A stretch of 64,000 bases of DNA from Candidatus Thorarchaeota archaeon. GTDB lineage: Archaea; Asgardarchaeota; Thorarchaeia; Thorarchaeales; Thorarchaeaceae. Location of the stretch: NCBI GenBank assembly GCA_038893995.1, contig JAWAQK010000001.1, forward strand, positions 32,001-96,000. The letters are read 5' to 3'. The notes under the pieces were generated by a model. The model did no database searches, was not told the origin of the DNA, and saw nothing but the letters and a program-made list of their open reading frames with translations. The translations under genes were made by a program, and so were the position numbers. Of the stretch, positions 46,170-55,595 are shown one piece after another (position 1 is the first letter of the stretch; every line of letters starts with the position of its first letter).

Positions 46170-47531
46170 TCAGGTCAGATAGGACTTCTCAGGAGGAGAA
46201 TCGATGCACTTCAGACTACCTTCGGGCAGCCCCCTGGCTAGGTGCTCAGCAACATCCTTGCTGAGGATGACCTCAACAAGAATCTGATCCTCGCCGAACT
46301 CCTCTCGCTCAATCCGAGCGACCTCATGAATCCACGACAACAACCTCATGCCCTCAGAGCCATATGGGAGGGTCACCACAAATCTCTGTTCGGAGGGAAG
46401 CATCGATATGATCTGATCGATCAGAAGATCGATGTTGTGACCAGTCTTCGCTGACACCGGTACCACTTCTCTCGAGAAATGGCTGAGCAGTTGTAATCGG
46501 TCGGGCACTAGGGCGGGGTCTATCATATCGATCTTGTTGAGTACGATTGCCAGGTTCGGTGTGAGGACTCCGATCGACTCGAGTGTTGAGAAACATGCCT
46601 CCGTCTTTCGGACCATCTCGTTCGAGGGCTCCGAACCATCAACAACGAGCAGGACCACATCTGCAGTTCCGATCTCCCTCAGGGTCGTGTTGAATGCCTG
46701 AAGTAGGGAACGAGGGAGATCGCTCACAAAACCGACGGAGTCTGTGACCACAATGTTCCTTCCTGTGACACTCATCCTCGACGTCTTTGTCGACAGCGTG
46801 GTGAACATCTGGTCACTCACTTCAGCATCAGACTGTGTCAGAGCCCTATGCAATGTACTCTTGCCCGCGTTGGTATAGCCTGCGAGTGCTACCTCGTAGT
46901 ATCCCTCACGGATCCGCTTCTTTCTCTTCAGATCCTCTGCATCCGAGATCGTTCTGAGCTTGTCTCTTATGATGGCGATACGCCTTCTGACCTCCATCAT
47001 CCTGAGGTTGAGAATGTCTTCACCGGCACCTACCTGCTGCCCAACCGGACGAGCACCTGTATGCTCCCTCTGCAGACGTTTCCGCAGCTGGTGACGGATG
47101 AAGGGCAGTTCATATCTCAGCCGGGCCTCCTCGATCTGAAGCTTCGCCTGGGGTGTCCTCGCGTGGAGATCAAAGATCTCGAGGATGACCTGACCCCTGT
47201 TCCGGACATCAGTCTTCCACGCTCTCATAAGACGATACATCTGGCTTGATGTGAGATCCGGAGACACTAACACTACGTCCACCTCGTTGTTCCTGATGTA
47301 CTCTCCAATCTCATCCACCTTACCAGCACCAATTCCGTACCTCGTCTGATGTCGGCCCACTATGTCAAACCGACCTACCACGTCGTACCCTGCTGTCGAT
47401 GCAAGTGCCTCAAACTCAGCAAGTAGATTCTCCGAGGCAGGGTTCCTGCGCTGTATGATGATGGCTCTCTGTCGTTCCACACGGAACGGACCCATGGATA
47501 CTGTCTTAAGTAGTTCGGGCCGGGACACCAC
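46170..47531 (-). CDS. hflX: GTPase HflX
   Basis: ILEIF, AKLQIE, AGYTNAGKST, MFTTL, DSVGF, NKID, VSAK. Confidence 0.95.
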   Translation of the reverse strand: MVSRPELLKTVSMGPFRVERQRAIIIQRRNPASENLLAEFEALASTAGYDVVGRFDIVGRHQTRYGIGAGKVDEIGEYIRNNEVDVVLVSPDLTSSQMYRLMRAWKTDVRNRGQVILEIFDLHARTPQAKLQIEEARLRYELPFIRHQLRKRLQREHTGARPVGQQVGAGEDILNLRMMEVRRRIAIIRDKLRTISDAEDLKRKKRIREGYYEVALAGYTNAGKSTLHRALTQSDAEVSDQMFTTLSTKTSRMSVTGRNIVVTDSVGFVSDLPRSLLQAFNTTLREIGTADVVLLVVDGSEPSNEMVRKTEACFSTLESIGVLTPNLAIVLNKIDMIDPALVPDRLQLLSHFSREVVPVSAKTGHNIDLLIDQIISMLPSEQRFVVTLPYGSEGMRLLSWIHEVARIEREEFGEDQILVEVILSKDVAEHLARGLPEGSLKCIDSPPEKSYLT

Positions 47532-47596
47532 AGTTCACCGTGAGAGAATACTACTGAGATTCATGAGACCCCCAAGACCTGCAAGGGGATAGGAAG

Positions 47597-49654
47597 ATGG
47601 ATGTCTTCGAGTTGAGGGACCGAGATGGTCTTGCCAGACTTGGCCGACTGATCACAAGACACGGGACTGTGACAACACCTCTCCTGATGCCGGTGGTACA
47701 TCCCGGGAAGTCGACCGTCACTGCACAGGAACTGCGAAGCGAGTTTGGATTCGAGATGGTGATAGCCAACTCGTTCATAATCCGGTCTCGGCCGGAATAT
47801 AGGGACGTCGCGCTCGAGAGAGGAATACATGCCCTGCTAGACTTCAACGGGCCGGTGATGACTGACTCAGGAACGTTCCAGATGTACTATCATTCGCTGC
47901 CTCGTGAGACTATCGACCCCATCGAGATCGTCAGATTTCAACGGAGCATCGGGACGGACATTGGTACGATACTTGACGTGTTCTCAAGACCCGACGCAGG
48001 AAGAGAGAAGATCGAGGAGGACGTCAGGACATCAGTTGAGAGGGCGAGGAGGTCGGTTGGGGAAAAGGGAGACATGCTCCTGGCAGGAACAGTGCAGGGA
48101 GGGGCCTACACTGACCTGAGAGAGGCATGCGCACGAGAGCTCGCCTCAATGGACTTTGATCTACACCCAATCGGCGGGGCAGTACCACTCATGGAGAGTT
48201 ACCGGTATTCAGACATTGTCAGGGTCGTCCTTGCCGCAAAGAGGAATCTCCCAGCTAACCGGCCCGTACATCTGTTTGGGTGTGGACACCCGATGTTCCT
48301 GGCTCTCGCAGTGGCCCTGGGATGCGATCTGTTTGACTCGGCGTCATATGCTAAGTTTGCAGAGGACGGAAGACTACTCCTACCAAGTGGTACTGTGCAT
48401 CTGGACGACCTGAATGAGATGCCCTGCGAATGCAAGATATGCTCAAGCACGACACCTGAGGAGATCAGACGACTGGAGAGGGACCAGCGCGAAGACATGA
48501 TCACTCGACACAACCTCTACGTCATGGCCGCCGAGATGAGGAGAGTACGGCAGGCGGTCCGAGAAGAGAAGATACTCGAGCTTGCAGCGCTCAGGGCGAG
48601 GTCGCATCCTCGGCTAATCGAGGCGCTGATGCAGCTGCTCAACCACGCAGACCAGATCGAGGCTGAGGACCCCGTGGGGAAGACTGCATCGGTGTTCTAC
48701 ACAGGACCTGAGACCGCCCTTCATCCCTCACTGTACCGCTTTCACAAGAGGGTACTCGAGAGGTATCCGTATCTCGAAACGGACACCTTGCTCCTAGTCC
48801 CAGACATGGGGTACGTTCCATTCTCAGAGTCCAATCCGACAATCGAAAGTCTGGCCGGCACTCACACCCCCGAGGAGCTCATCGTGGTGTATGTGACTCC
48901 CATTGGTGTTGTCCCGTGGGAGTACGGACAGGTCTATCCGGCCCAGCAGTGCGTCTTCGGGAGGATGCTAGATACAGATACCCTTGATACGGTGGCCAGG
49001 AGAACAAGTCAGTTTGTTGATACTGTGACCTGCCGCCGTGTCGTGTGGGTTCAGAGAGAGCATGTAGTTGACTCGGTGCGTCAGAGGATGAAATGGTCTG
49101 TCGAGCCAGATACGATCAGTCCATCGGACCTGTCGAAAGATCTGGTACCGGAGGCAGAGGGTCGTGAGAAACTTGCCGTGGAGCGAACTCTGAAGGCCCT
49201 GTTTCGATACCAATGGGGGGTCGATATCACGCGGGCAATTCCCATAGAGCAGATGAGGTGCGAATTCTCGAGGCGCACAGGCAAGATGAGACATCTGTTC
49301 CACGGGGAAGAATTGCTCTTCACGATTGTCCCCACCACAGGTCTCATGACGCCAACTGTTCGAGGTGCGCAGGTGCTCCTCGATGCAGGCATCGGCGACG
49401 ATTACCGAGTTGTAGTATCTGACGAGGCAGCACCCTTCATCCGACAGGGAAAGTCAGTGATTGCCAAGTTCGTCATGAGGGCCGGTACTGACCTGAGGCC
49501 TGGCGAGGAGGTGCTGATCCTCGATCAGGACGGAAATCTGCTTGGAACCGGACCTGCACTGTTGAGTGGCCGAGAGATGTTGACGTTCAAGAGGGGAGTG
49601 GCTGTAAATACTAGGCACCAGCAGAGGCAGCAGCCTGCGATGAGTGACGCGTAA
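47597..49654 (+). CDS. tgtA: tRNA-guanine(15) transglycosylase (archaeosine TGT) with PUA domain
   Basis: MTDSGTFQ, VQGG, HLFGCGHP, DLFDSASY, CECKIC..HN, C-terminal PUA (GKSVIAKFV, GVAV). Confidence 0.95.
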   Translation: MDVFELRDRDGLARLGRLITRHGTVTTPLLMPVVHPGKSTVTAQELRSEFGFEMVIANSFIIRSRPEYRDVALERGIHALLDFNGPVMTDSGTFQMYYHSLPRETIDPIEIVRFQRSIGTDIGTILDVFSRPDAGREKIEEDVRTSVERARRSVGEKGDMLLAGTVQGGAYTDLREACARELASMDFDLHPIGGAVPLMESYRYSDIVRVVLAAKRNLPANRPVHLFGCGHPMFLALAVALGCDLFDSASYAKFAEDGRLLLPSGTVHLDDLNEMPCECKICSSTTPEEIRRLERDQREDMITRHNLYVMAAEMRRVRQAVREEKILELAALRARSHPRLIEALMQLLNHADQIEAEDPVGKTASVFYTGPETALHPSLYRFHKRVLERYPYLETDTLLLVPDMGYVPFSESNPTIESLAGTHTPEELIVVYVTPIGVVPWEYGQVYPAQQCVFGRMLDTDTLDTVARRTSQFVDTVTCRRVVWVQREHVVDSVRQRMKWSVEPDTISPSDLSKDLVPEAEGREKLAVERTLKALFRYQWGVDITRAIPIEQMRCEFSRRTGKMRHLFHGEELLFTIVPTTGLMTPTVRGAQVLLDAGIGDDYRVVVSDEAAPFIRQGKSVIAKFVMRAGTDLRPGEEVLILDQDGNLLGTGPALLSGREMLTFKRGVAVNTRHQQRQQPAMSDA

Positions 49655-50771
49655 GTGGGTGGCCCCGAACTCTCTTCAGGGCCTCAACACCGCCCGTAGG
49701 AAGCACCATCACGTTCGAGGGTGAAACAAACAAGTGAAGGGTGTCTCCGGCATTGACTGTACTATGAGGAGGCAACAGGGCCTGAGCACTCACATCACCG
49801 ACATTGAAGTAGACCTCAAGTGAGTTGCCAACAAAGATCGTTCGACTGACTGTGCCGATAATCTCGTTGTCCTCAGGACTCTGACGAGACATCGACATGG
49901 CCTCGGGTCGGATTGCACAGATCGCCGACTCGCCTATCTCGAATGGATAACCGGTGACTGTCGATCTCCCCCGGACCTCCTGTCTGGCTGAGAGTTGAAC
50001 AACAGTCCAGTCACCGATCGAAGATATGGAGCCTCTCAGTAGCGTGCATTTTCCTATGAAGTCGGCCACAAACACAGTCTGCGGATTCAGGTATATCTGC
50101 CGAGGCGTGTCAAACTGCTGCACATATCCACGGTCCATCACAGCAACTCGGTCAGAGATGCTGAGCGCCTCGTGCTGATCGTGAGTCACGTAGACGGTGG
50201 TGATAGACAGTTCCTTCTGGATACGCACTATCTCCTCTCGCATGTCACTACGCAGCTTGGCATCGAGATTTGAGAGCGGTTCGTCGAGTAGAAGGACTGC
50301 GGGCTCTATCACAAGTGCGCGGGCCAGTGCGACCCTCTGTTGTTGACCACCAGATAGTTGGTGAATATGTCGATTCTCAAGACCCTCGAGCCGGACTAGG
50401 GCGAGCGTCTGGGAAACACGTCTGTGGATGGCACTGGCGGTATACTTCATTCCATTGATGCGCTTCAACTTGAGACCATATGCTACGTTTTCGAACACAG
50501 ACATGTGTGGCCAGAGGGCATAGTTCTGGAAGCACATGCCCGTGTTTCGTTTGTGAGGGGGTAGCTCAGTCACATCACGGTCGTCAAAGTAGATCTTACC
50601 GGAATCAGGGCGATAGAATCCTGCGATAAGCCGAAGTAGCGTGGTCTTGCCACATCCAGATGGACCAAGCAAGGTCGATAGTTCGCCCTCCCTGAGGACG
50701 AGATTGACCTCATCAGTGGCGACCACGTTGCCGAATGTCTTTCGGAGATTCTCCAGACGTATCTCAACCAT
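49611..50771 (-). CDS. ABC transporter ATP-binding subunit (Fe3+/polyamine/thiamine class, TOBE)
   Basis: GPSGCGKT, LSGGQQQR, LLDEP, VTHD. Confidence 0.95.
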   Translation of the reverse strand: MVEIRLENLRKTFGNVVATDEVNLVLREGELSTLLGPSGCGKTTLLRLIAGFYRPDSGKIYFDDRDVTELPPHKRNTGMCFQNYALWPHMSVFENVAYGLKLKRINGMKYTASAIHRRVSQTLALVRLEGLENRHIHQLSGGQQQRVALARALVIEPAVLLLDEPLSNLDAKLRSDMREEIVRIQKELSITTVYVTHDQHEALSISDRVAVMDRGYVQQFDTPRQIYLNPQTVFVADFIGKCTLLRGSISSIGDWTVVQLSARQEVRGRSTVTGYPFEIGESAICAIRPEAMSMSRQSPEDNEIIGTVSRTIFVGNSLEVYFNVGDVSAQALLPPHSTVNAGDTLHLFVSPSNVMVLPTGGVEALKRVRGHPLTRHSSQAAASAGA

Positions 50772-50780
50772 AGTGACACC

Positions 50781-52886
50781 TCATATACCCGTCATTGCAG
50801 ATGTCCTAGTACCCAGTATCTTGGTGGTCACTGCGATTACTGCCATCTGCATGGACATCATGAGCGTTCCTAGGCACGCCGCATTAAACGGACCACCATA
50901 ACGTCCTGTGGCATACAGGATCTCTCTGGTCCAGAACGTCATTGGGGCAAACTCGTGTCCGAGACTGCCCAGAATCAGGCTAGTACTTACTTCACTGACT
51001 GAGTACACGAACGACAGCAACGCACCTGCCAAGACATTGACCCCTATCAGGGGGAGTGTTATCCGAAGGAATGTCTGACTCTTGCTTACTCCGACACTCT
51101 GTGACGCTTCCTCGAGTGAGACAGGCGTAGAACGTAGACCCGCATATGCAGCCCGGACCGTGAATGGAAACTTCCTCACTGTGTAGGACCACACGAGCAG
51201 AAAGGCAGGACCGGGCCAGCCCTGTGCGGGAAAGAACGGGGTATTATAGAAGAGTGTGAAGTAGCCAGTTGCAATGACGATCCCGGGCAGTGCGACTGGG
51301 GATGTGACAAGCAGATCAAGAATGGTCCGACCAGGAATGTCTTTTCGGACTATGATGTAGGCGGCCCCGGTGCCCAGTAATGATATCATTGCTGTTGCAA
51401 TGAGACCATACAACAGAGTTAGCAGTATAGAGTTCCTGACGTCCGGATAGGCCCAAAGCACAGAATAGTTGTCTAGGGTCCAAGCATCGGGGAGCACGGC
51501 ATTAGTGGACCAATAGCTCGTCAGAGACAGGACTATGACGCTCATCTGAGGGATCAACGCGAGAAACAGCAACGGGATGAGCACTGCGTAGAGAATGATG
51601 GTCGATCTACGAGAGAGCCTTCGGACTCGAGGATTCCACTGACCCCCCTTGGTGCCAGACTCGTAGGACCTCAACGAGGCGTATCGTCGGATGGCTATAA
51701 AACCTGCAAGTGCAAAGGTGAGCAGGATGACACCGATGGCGGGTCCCACGGGGTTGATCGTGCCCGCCTGGGTCGCGATGCTGCTGAACACCTGAAACGA
51801 CAGAGTCTTTTGCGCCTGTAGGTTCTCGTAGTACACTATCGGTCCGCCGAGGTCTTCCAGGCTGATGATAAAGGTGAGAATTGCACCAGCCTGAATGCCA
51901 GGCATGGCCAGCGGGAGGGTGACCGAACGAAATAGCTTGAAGCCAGTTGCCCCGAGATTCTCTGCCTGTTCCTCTAGTGAGGGGTCGATGCTCATGAAGG
52001 ATGAATATGCATTGAGATAGACTAGAGCAAAGAGCGACAGCGACTGAACGAAGATTATGGCGGCGAGACCCTGCAGCTGTATCCTGGGGGGAGTCTCGAT
52101 TGCGAGCCAGGGAAGGGTCGTCTGTAGCCAGGAAACAATGGCTCTTGCCGCGTTATTGAAGAAGCCATGTGTACCCATGAAGTACTTTACACCTATAGCA
52201 CCTACGAAGGGAGTGGCCAGGATTGGGAATATCAAAACAGTGCGGAGTACTCTCTTGCCGGGGAAATCGTAACGAGCCATGACGAACGCGAGGAAAACAC
52301 CAATGATGACAGCGAAGAATGTCACGAATGTGGCGACATATAGTGAGTTGAGTATGGCACCAAGGTCCCAGCCTCGAATGACAATCGTTTCCGGTCCTAC
52401 CACGATCGTTTCCAGATTAATATAGAACACCCAGCCTGAGTTGGGATCATACTGAAAGGGCCAGATATTGGAGTTCTGGAAAAGAGACTGAAAATGTATC
52501 AACGATGGCAGTCCTGTACTCTGGTCAGTGAAAGAGAATCGGATGACATCAGCAAGCGGCAGCACGAGGAACAGACCAAATGCAATGAGTACAGCTGCAA
52601 GCTGAACAGTAGACAACATGTCTAGTTCTGCCCGGAGCTTGACAAACATTCCACGAATTGCTGCAGCAGGGTTTCTTGAGCGCCACGCCACCATCTTTGC
52701 CCAGTCCCGTGGCCTTGAAACCAGCGATGAGTATGCACGCAGCATCCTCCGCTTGACAAGGGAGGGGAGTGCGCCCACGGCCTCTCTGACCCTGCCAGGG
52801 ATGCTGTCTGGGACCAGTTCCGTTTCCTCAGGCTGGTGTCCCGTCCTTTGGTCTGTCGTTCCCGACACACTCCTGATAGAGGTCAC
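50781..52886 (-). CDS. ABC transporter permease (duplicated, FbpB/ThiP-like)
   Basis: Two EAA loops (LEEQAENLGA, LEEASQSVG); GTG start overlaps the SBP stop. Confidence 0.92.
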   Translation of the reverse strand: MTSIRSVSGTTDQRTGHQPEETELVPDSIPGRVREAVGALPSLVKRRMLRAYSSLVSRPRDWAKMVAWRSRNPAAAIRGMFVKLRAELDMLSTVQLAAVLIAFGLFLVLPLADVIRFSFTDQSTGLPSLIHFQSLFQNSNIWPFQYDPNSGWVFYINLETIVVGPETIVIRGWDLGAILNSLYVATFVTFFAVIIGVFLAFVMARYDFPGKRVLRTVLIFPILATPFVGAIGVKYFMGTHGFFNNAARAIVSWLQTTLPWLAIETPPRIQLQGLAAIIFVQSLSLFALVYLNAYSSFMSIDPSLEEQAENLGATGFKLFRSVTLPLAMPGIQAGAILTFIISLEDLGGPIVYYENLQAQKTLSFQVFSSIATQAGTINPVGPAIGVILLTFALAGFIAIRRYASLRSYESGTKGGQWNPRVRRLSRRSTIILYAVLIPLLFLALIPQMSVIVLSLTSYWSTNAVLPDAWTLDNYSVLWAYPDVRNSILLTLLYGLIATAMISLLGTGAAYIIVRKDIPGRTILDLLVTSPVALPGIVIATGYFTLFYNTPFFPAQGWPGPAFLLVWSYTVRKFPFTVRAAYAGLRSTPVSLEEASQSVGVSKSQTFLRITLPLIGVNVLAGALLSFVYSVSEVSTSLILGSLGHEFAPMTFWTREILYATGRYGGPFNAACLGTLMMSMQMAVIAVTTKILGTRTSAMTGI

Positions 52887-54313
52887 TGAAACAAGGCTTG
52901 AACGAGACTCATCACATACTGATACTGGTTCTTTGCGGCAGTCGTCCACCGGCTTGCAACTATTGAGGCATAGGATGCATCGTATATCATGTCATGGTTT
53001 ATTGACCGGGCATACTCCACGGTGAACTTCTCGTCCTTCAAGGTCTTCGGGTCTTGAATCGTGACCGGGGATCCCATCAGGCCAGCGTAGTAGTCGACAT
53101 CGATCAGCGAGATACGACCTTCGAAGTAGGCACTCAATATTGCGGTCCAGCAATTCACGAGCTCAGTGTGAGCATGAGTGAACACAGACTGGAAGTACCT
53201 AATGAACGCGGAATTGGTCTCGACTGACAGGGTGTCATTGAATTCGATCCCATGTGTCGCTACAGTCCTGTTATAGGCTGCATAGAGGTCCTGCGCTTCG
53301 CTGGCCTCGGGCTCGAGGAATGCCTCCCTGAGAATGGGCATTCTCCGGATGCTCTCGTCAAGCCACAGGACTTGGCCACGAGGCGACAGTACAAAGTCGA
53401 TGAAGCCTTCTGCCAGTTCCATCTTTGAGGTCGTAGCGGCTATTGCTATGGGGTCTGCATTGACAATGGTCTGACCCTCAGGGACTATGTACTCACAATC
53501 GGGATTCCTGTACTGCGTCTGGTAACCATAGAAGTCTATTGACATCGCTATGCCTACCTGTCCAGTCTCGGCAGCACTCTGAGTTTCGACCGAGCCTCCG
53601 TAGATGTTTGCGCTACCCGCCATCCTCGCCAATGTGATCCATCCAGCATCCCAACCAAGGGCCTGAGTGATGATCTCGTAGATGCGTGTGTTCGAGGTCG
53701 TGTCTGGAGCATTACCCATTGCTATGGTTGCCTGTGAAGGTAGGAGCTTCCCGTAAGTCACATTGGCGAGATCTGTCCATGTATGGGGAGTGGGAAGACC
53801 ATACTCGTCGAGAAACGCATGATTCACAGTAAAGCCGAAAGAAGATATTGCAGCGCCAATCCACACGGTCTCGCCTGCCGTATTGTTTCGCTTCATTACT
53901 GAACCGGCGATTGTATTGTTTACGCGGGCTGCGACTTCAAGCATGAGAGGGCTTGTCAGGGGGGCAAGCCTTCCATCACGTGCCAATTGATCGAAGAGAG
54001 TCGGACCGCCGCCCCAGCATACATCAACCTGTCCGGTGTCGATCAGATCATCCCAGAATTCCTGAGAGGGGGTCCTCCAGATAATATCTACAAGCCCGTG
54101 AGATCGTGCAAACTCTGTCTGCAAGAACGCTGGTTCAAACACATTCTGAATTGAAGTGTCATGCCGCGTCAGGATAGTCAGAGTCGTGGTTTGAGTAGTG
54201 TCTTCAGCCAGAGGTCCACTGAGTATCACGAGGCCGACTGCAGAAGACACGACAACCAGTGCCGCAATGGCTGCAACAAGCTTCGTCTTTGAGGCTGTTT
54301 CAAACTCAGACAC
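52883..54313 (-). CDS. ABC transporter substrate-binding protein (AfuA/FbpA-like)
   Basis: N-terminal anchor, DVCWGGGPTLF, STNT-like SNTRIYEII, NADPIAI, FIDFVLS; start approximate. Confidence 0.88.
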   Translation of the reverse strand: MSEFETASKTKLVAAIAALVVVSSAVGLVILSGPLAEDTTQTTTLTILTRHDTSIQNVFEPAFLQTEFARSHGLVDIIWRTPSQEFWDDLIDTGQVDVCWGGGPTLFDQLARDGRLAPLTSPLMLEVAARVNNTIAGSVMKRNNTAGETVWIGAAISSFGFTVNHAFLDEYGLPTPHTWTDLANVTYGKLLPSQATIAMGNAPDTTSNTRIYEIITQALGWDAGWITLARMAGSANIYGGSVETQSAAETGQVGIAMSIDFYGYQTQYRNPDCEYIVPEGQTIVNADPIAIAATTSKMELAEGFIDFVLSPRGQVLWLDESIRRMPILREAFLEPEASEAQDLYAAYNRTVATHGIEFNDTLSVETNSAFIRYFQSVFTHAHTELVNCWTAILSAYFEGRISLIDVDYYAGLMGSPVTIQDPKTLKDEKFTVEYARSINHDMIYDASYASIVASRWTTAAKNQYQYVMSLVQALFQ

Positions 54314-54470
54314 CTGTACACACACCTCTCTAGGCCATGGGATGATGGAGTCATGTACCTCTGCTCGTAGTCGGAATAATAAACCTTTCACAATCGAGCT
54401 ATAAAGGTTAAATCCAAGCGTTTGATTCGGAAACTACCCAACGAGCCCGGTGCTCGAGGAGAGAGACTCC

Positions 54471-55526
54471 ATGAATCAGACGAGAGTGAAGAGCATCCTC
54501 GCAATGACCATGATATTGATCATGGTCGCTTCCATATTCTATAGCTACTCGATACCGGCCACAGCAAGTGACGTCACACCCGGCTACCGTGGGAAGATAC
54601 TCATCGACTATTCACACGGACAGTTCAAGGAAACGGCTCAGTACCTTGACAATCTTCTTGCGGCTAACCTTACTGAGATGGGCTTTGAGGTGGTCTTCCT
54701 GCGGGGAGGAATTAACAGCACAGTGTTGTCAGACGCAACAGGGCTGATAGTCAGTGGTATATACGAACCGACAAACGCCATCTTGCCCGCTGAGGTCGAG
54801 GCGATAGCAGCATGGTTCAACGCGGGACACAAGTTCCTGTGGGTCGGTTATGACTCAGACTATCCCACCACAACAACAGGCCAGTGGATCCTGGACAACA
54901 TGACTGCGATACTTGAGGCAGTGGGCTCTCACGTCTACGGAGAACCAACTGCGGTACAGGACCCAGTACTGAACGCCGGAGCAGCATACAGACCAATCGC
55001 CAATGGCACAAGTAACGATCCGGTCGTCGCATCATGTGTGGCAAACGTGGGTCGAGTCCTAGTTCACAGCCCGACCATCCTCTATGGCAGCAACAGTCCG
55101 ACTCCAGGTGAGAACGTCAGTCCAGTGGCGCTTGAGGAGGTACAGATTGAGAATGTATACCCAATCCTGTATCACAGCAAGAACGCCACTATAGTCGACA
55201 GCGATACCCTGTATCCCTATGCCCACCAGGATGGCCAGAGAGGCGCATTTGTGTCAATGACCCTGGAGCTGAAGGCAGGTGCAGCCAAGAACGGCGCCAT
55301 CGTTGTCTCCGGTGCCAACCCCATCGGCTACTACTGGCCAATGACCGCTGACTTCTATTATGGACAACTGAGGCTGACAGGTTTCAACTTGGTACTCCAG
55401 ACAATTGACTTTGGCATTACCGAGGCGCTGAAGGTTCAGTTTGACTGGACAACAATCATCGTAATTGGCGGGGTAGTCGCACTCGTTGTGATCGTTGCAG
55501 CTGTAGCGATCAAGCTCAAGAAGTAG
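54471..55526 (+). CDS. Surface protein: signal peptide, DUF4350/GIFT-like domain, C-terminal TM anchor
   Basis: KILIDYSHGQ, EAIAAWFNAG, terminal hydrophobic helix followed by KLKK. Confidence 0.7.
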   Translation: MNQTRVKSILAMTMILIMVASIFYSYSIPATASDVTPGYRGKILIDYSHGQFKETAQYLDNLLAANLTEMGFEVVFLRGGINSTVLSDATGLIVSGIYEPTNAILPAEVEAIAAWFNAGHKFLWVGYDSDYPTTTTGQWILDNMTAILEAVGSHVYGEPTAVQDPVLNAGAAYRPIANGTSNDPVVASCVANVGRVLVHSPTILYGSNSPTPGENVSPVALEEVQIENVYPILYHSKNATIVDSDTLYPYAHQDGQRGAFVSMTLELKAGAAKNGAIVVSGANPIGYYWPMTADFYYGQLRLTGFNLVLQTIDFGITEALKVQFDWTTIIVIGGVVALVVIVAAVAIKLKK

Positions 55527-55535
55527 AAGAGAATC

Positions 55536-55569
55536 GCCCGGCAACGGCCGGGCCTCATTTTTCTTTCTT
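55536..55569 (+). terminator. Stem-loop plus T-rich tract terminator
   Basis: GCCCGGC-aacg-GCCGGGC then CTCATTTTTCTTTCTT, 10 nt after the stop. Confidence 0.65.
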
Positions 55570-55595
55570 GGTCCCATAGGAGAACGAGAATACTT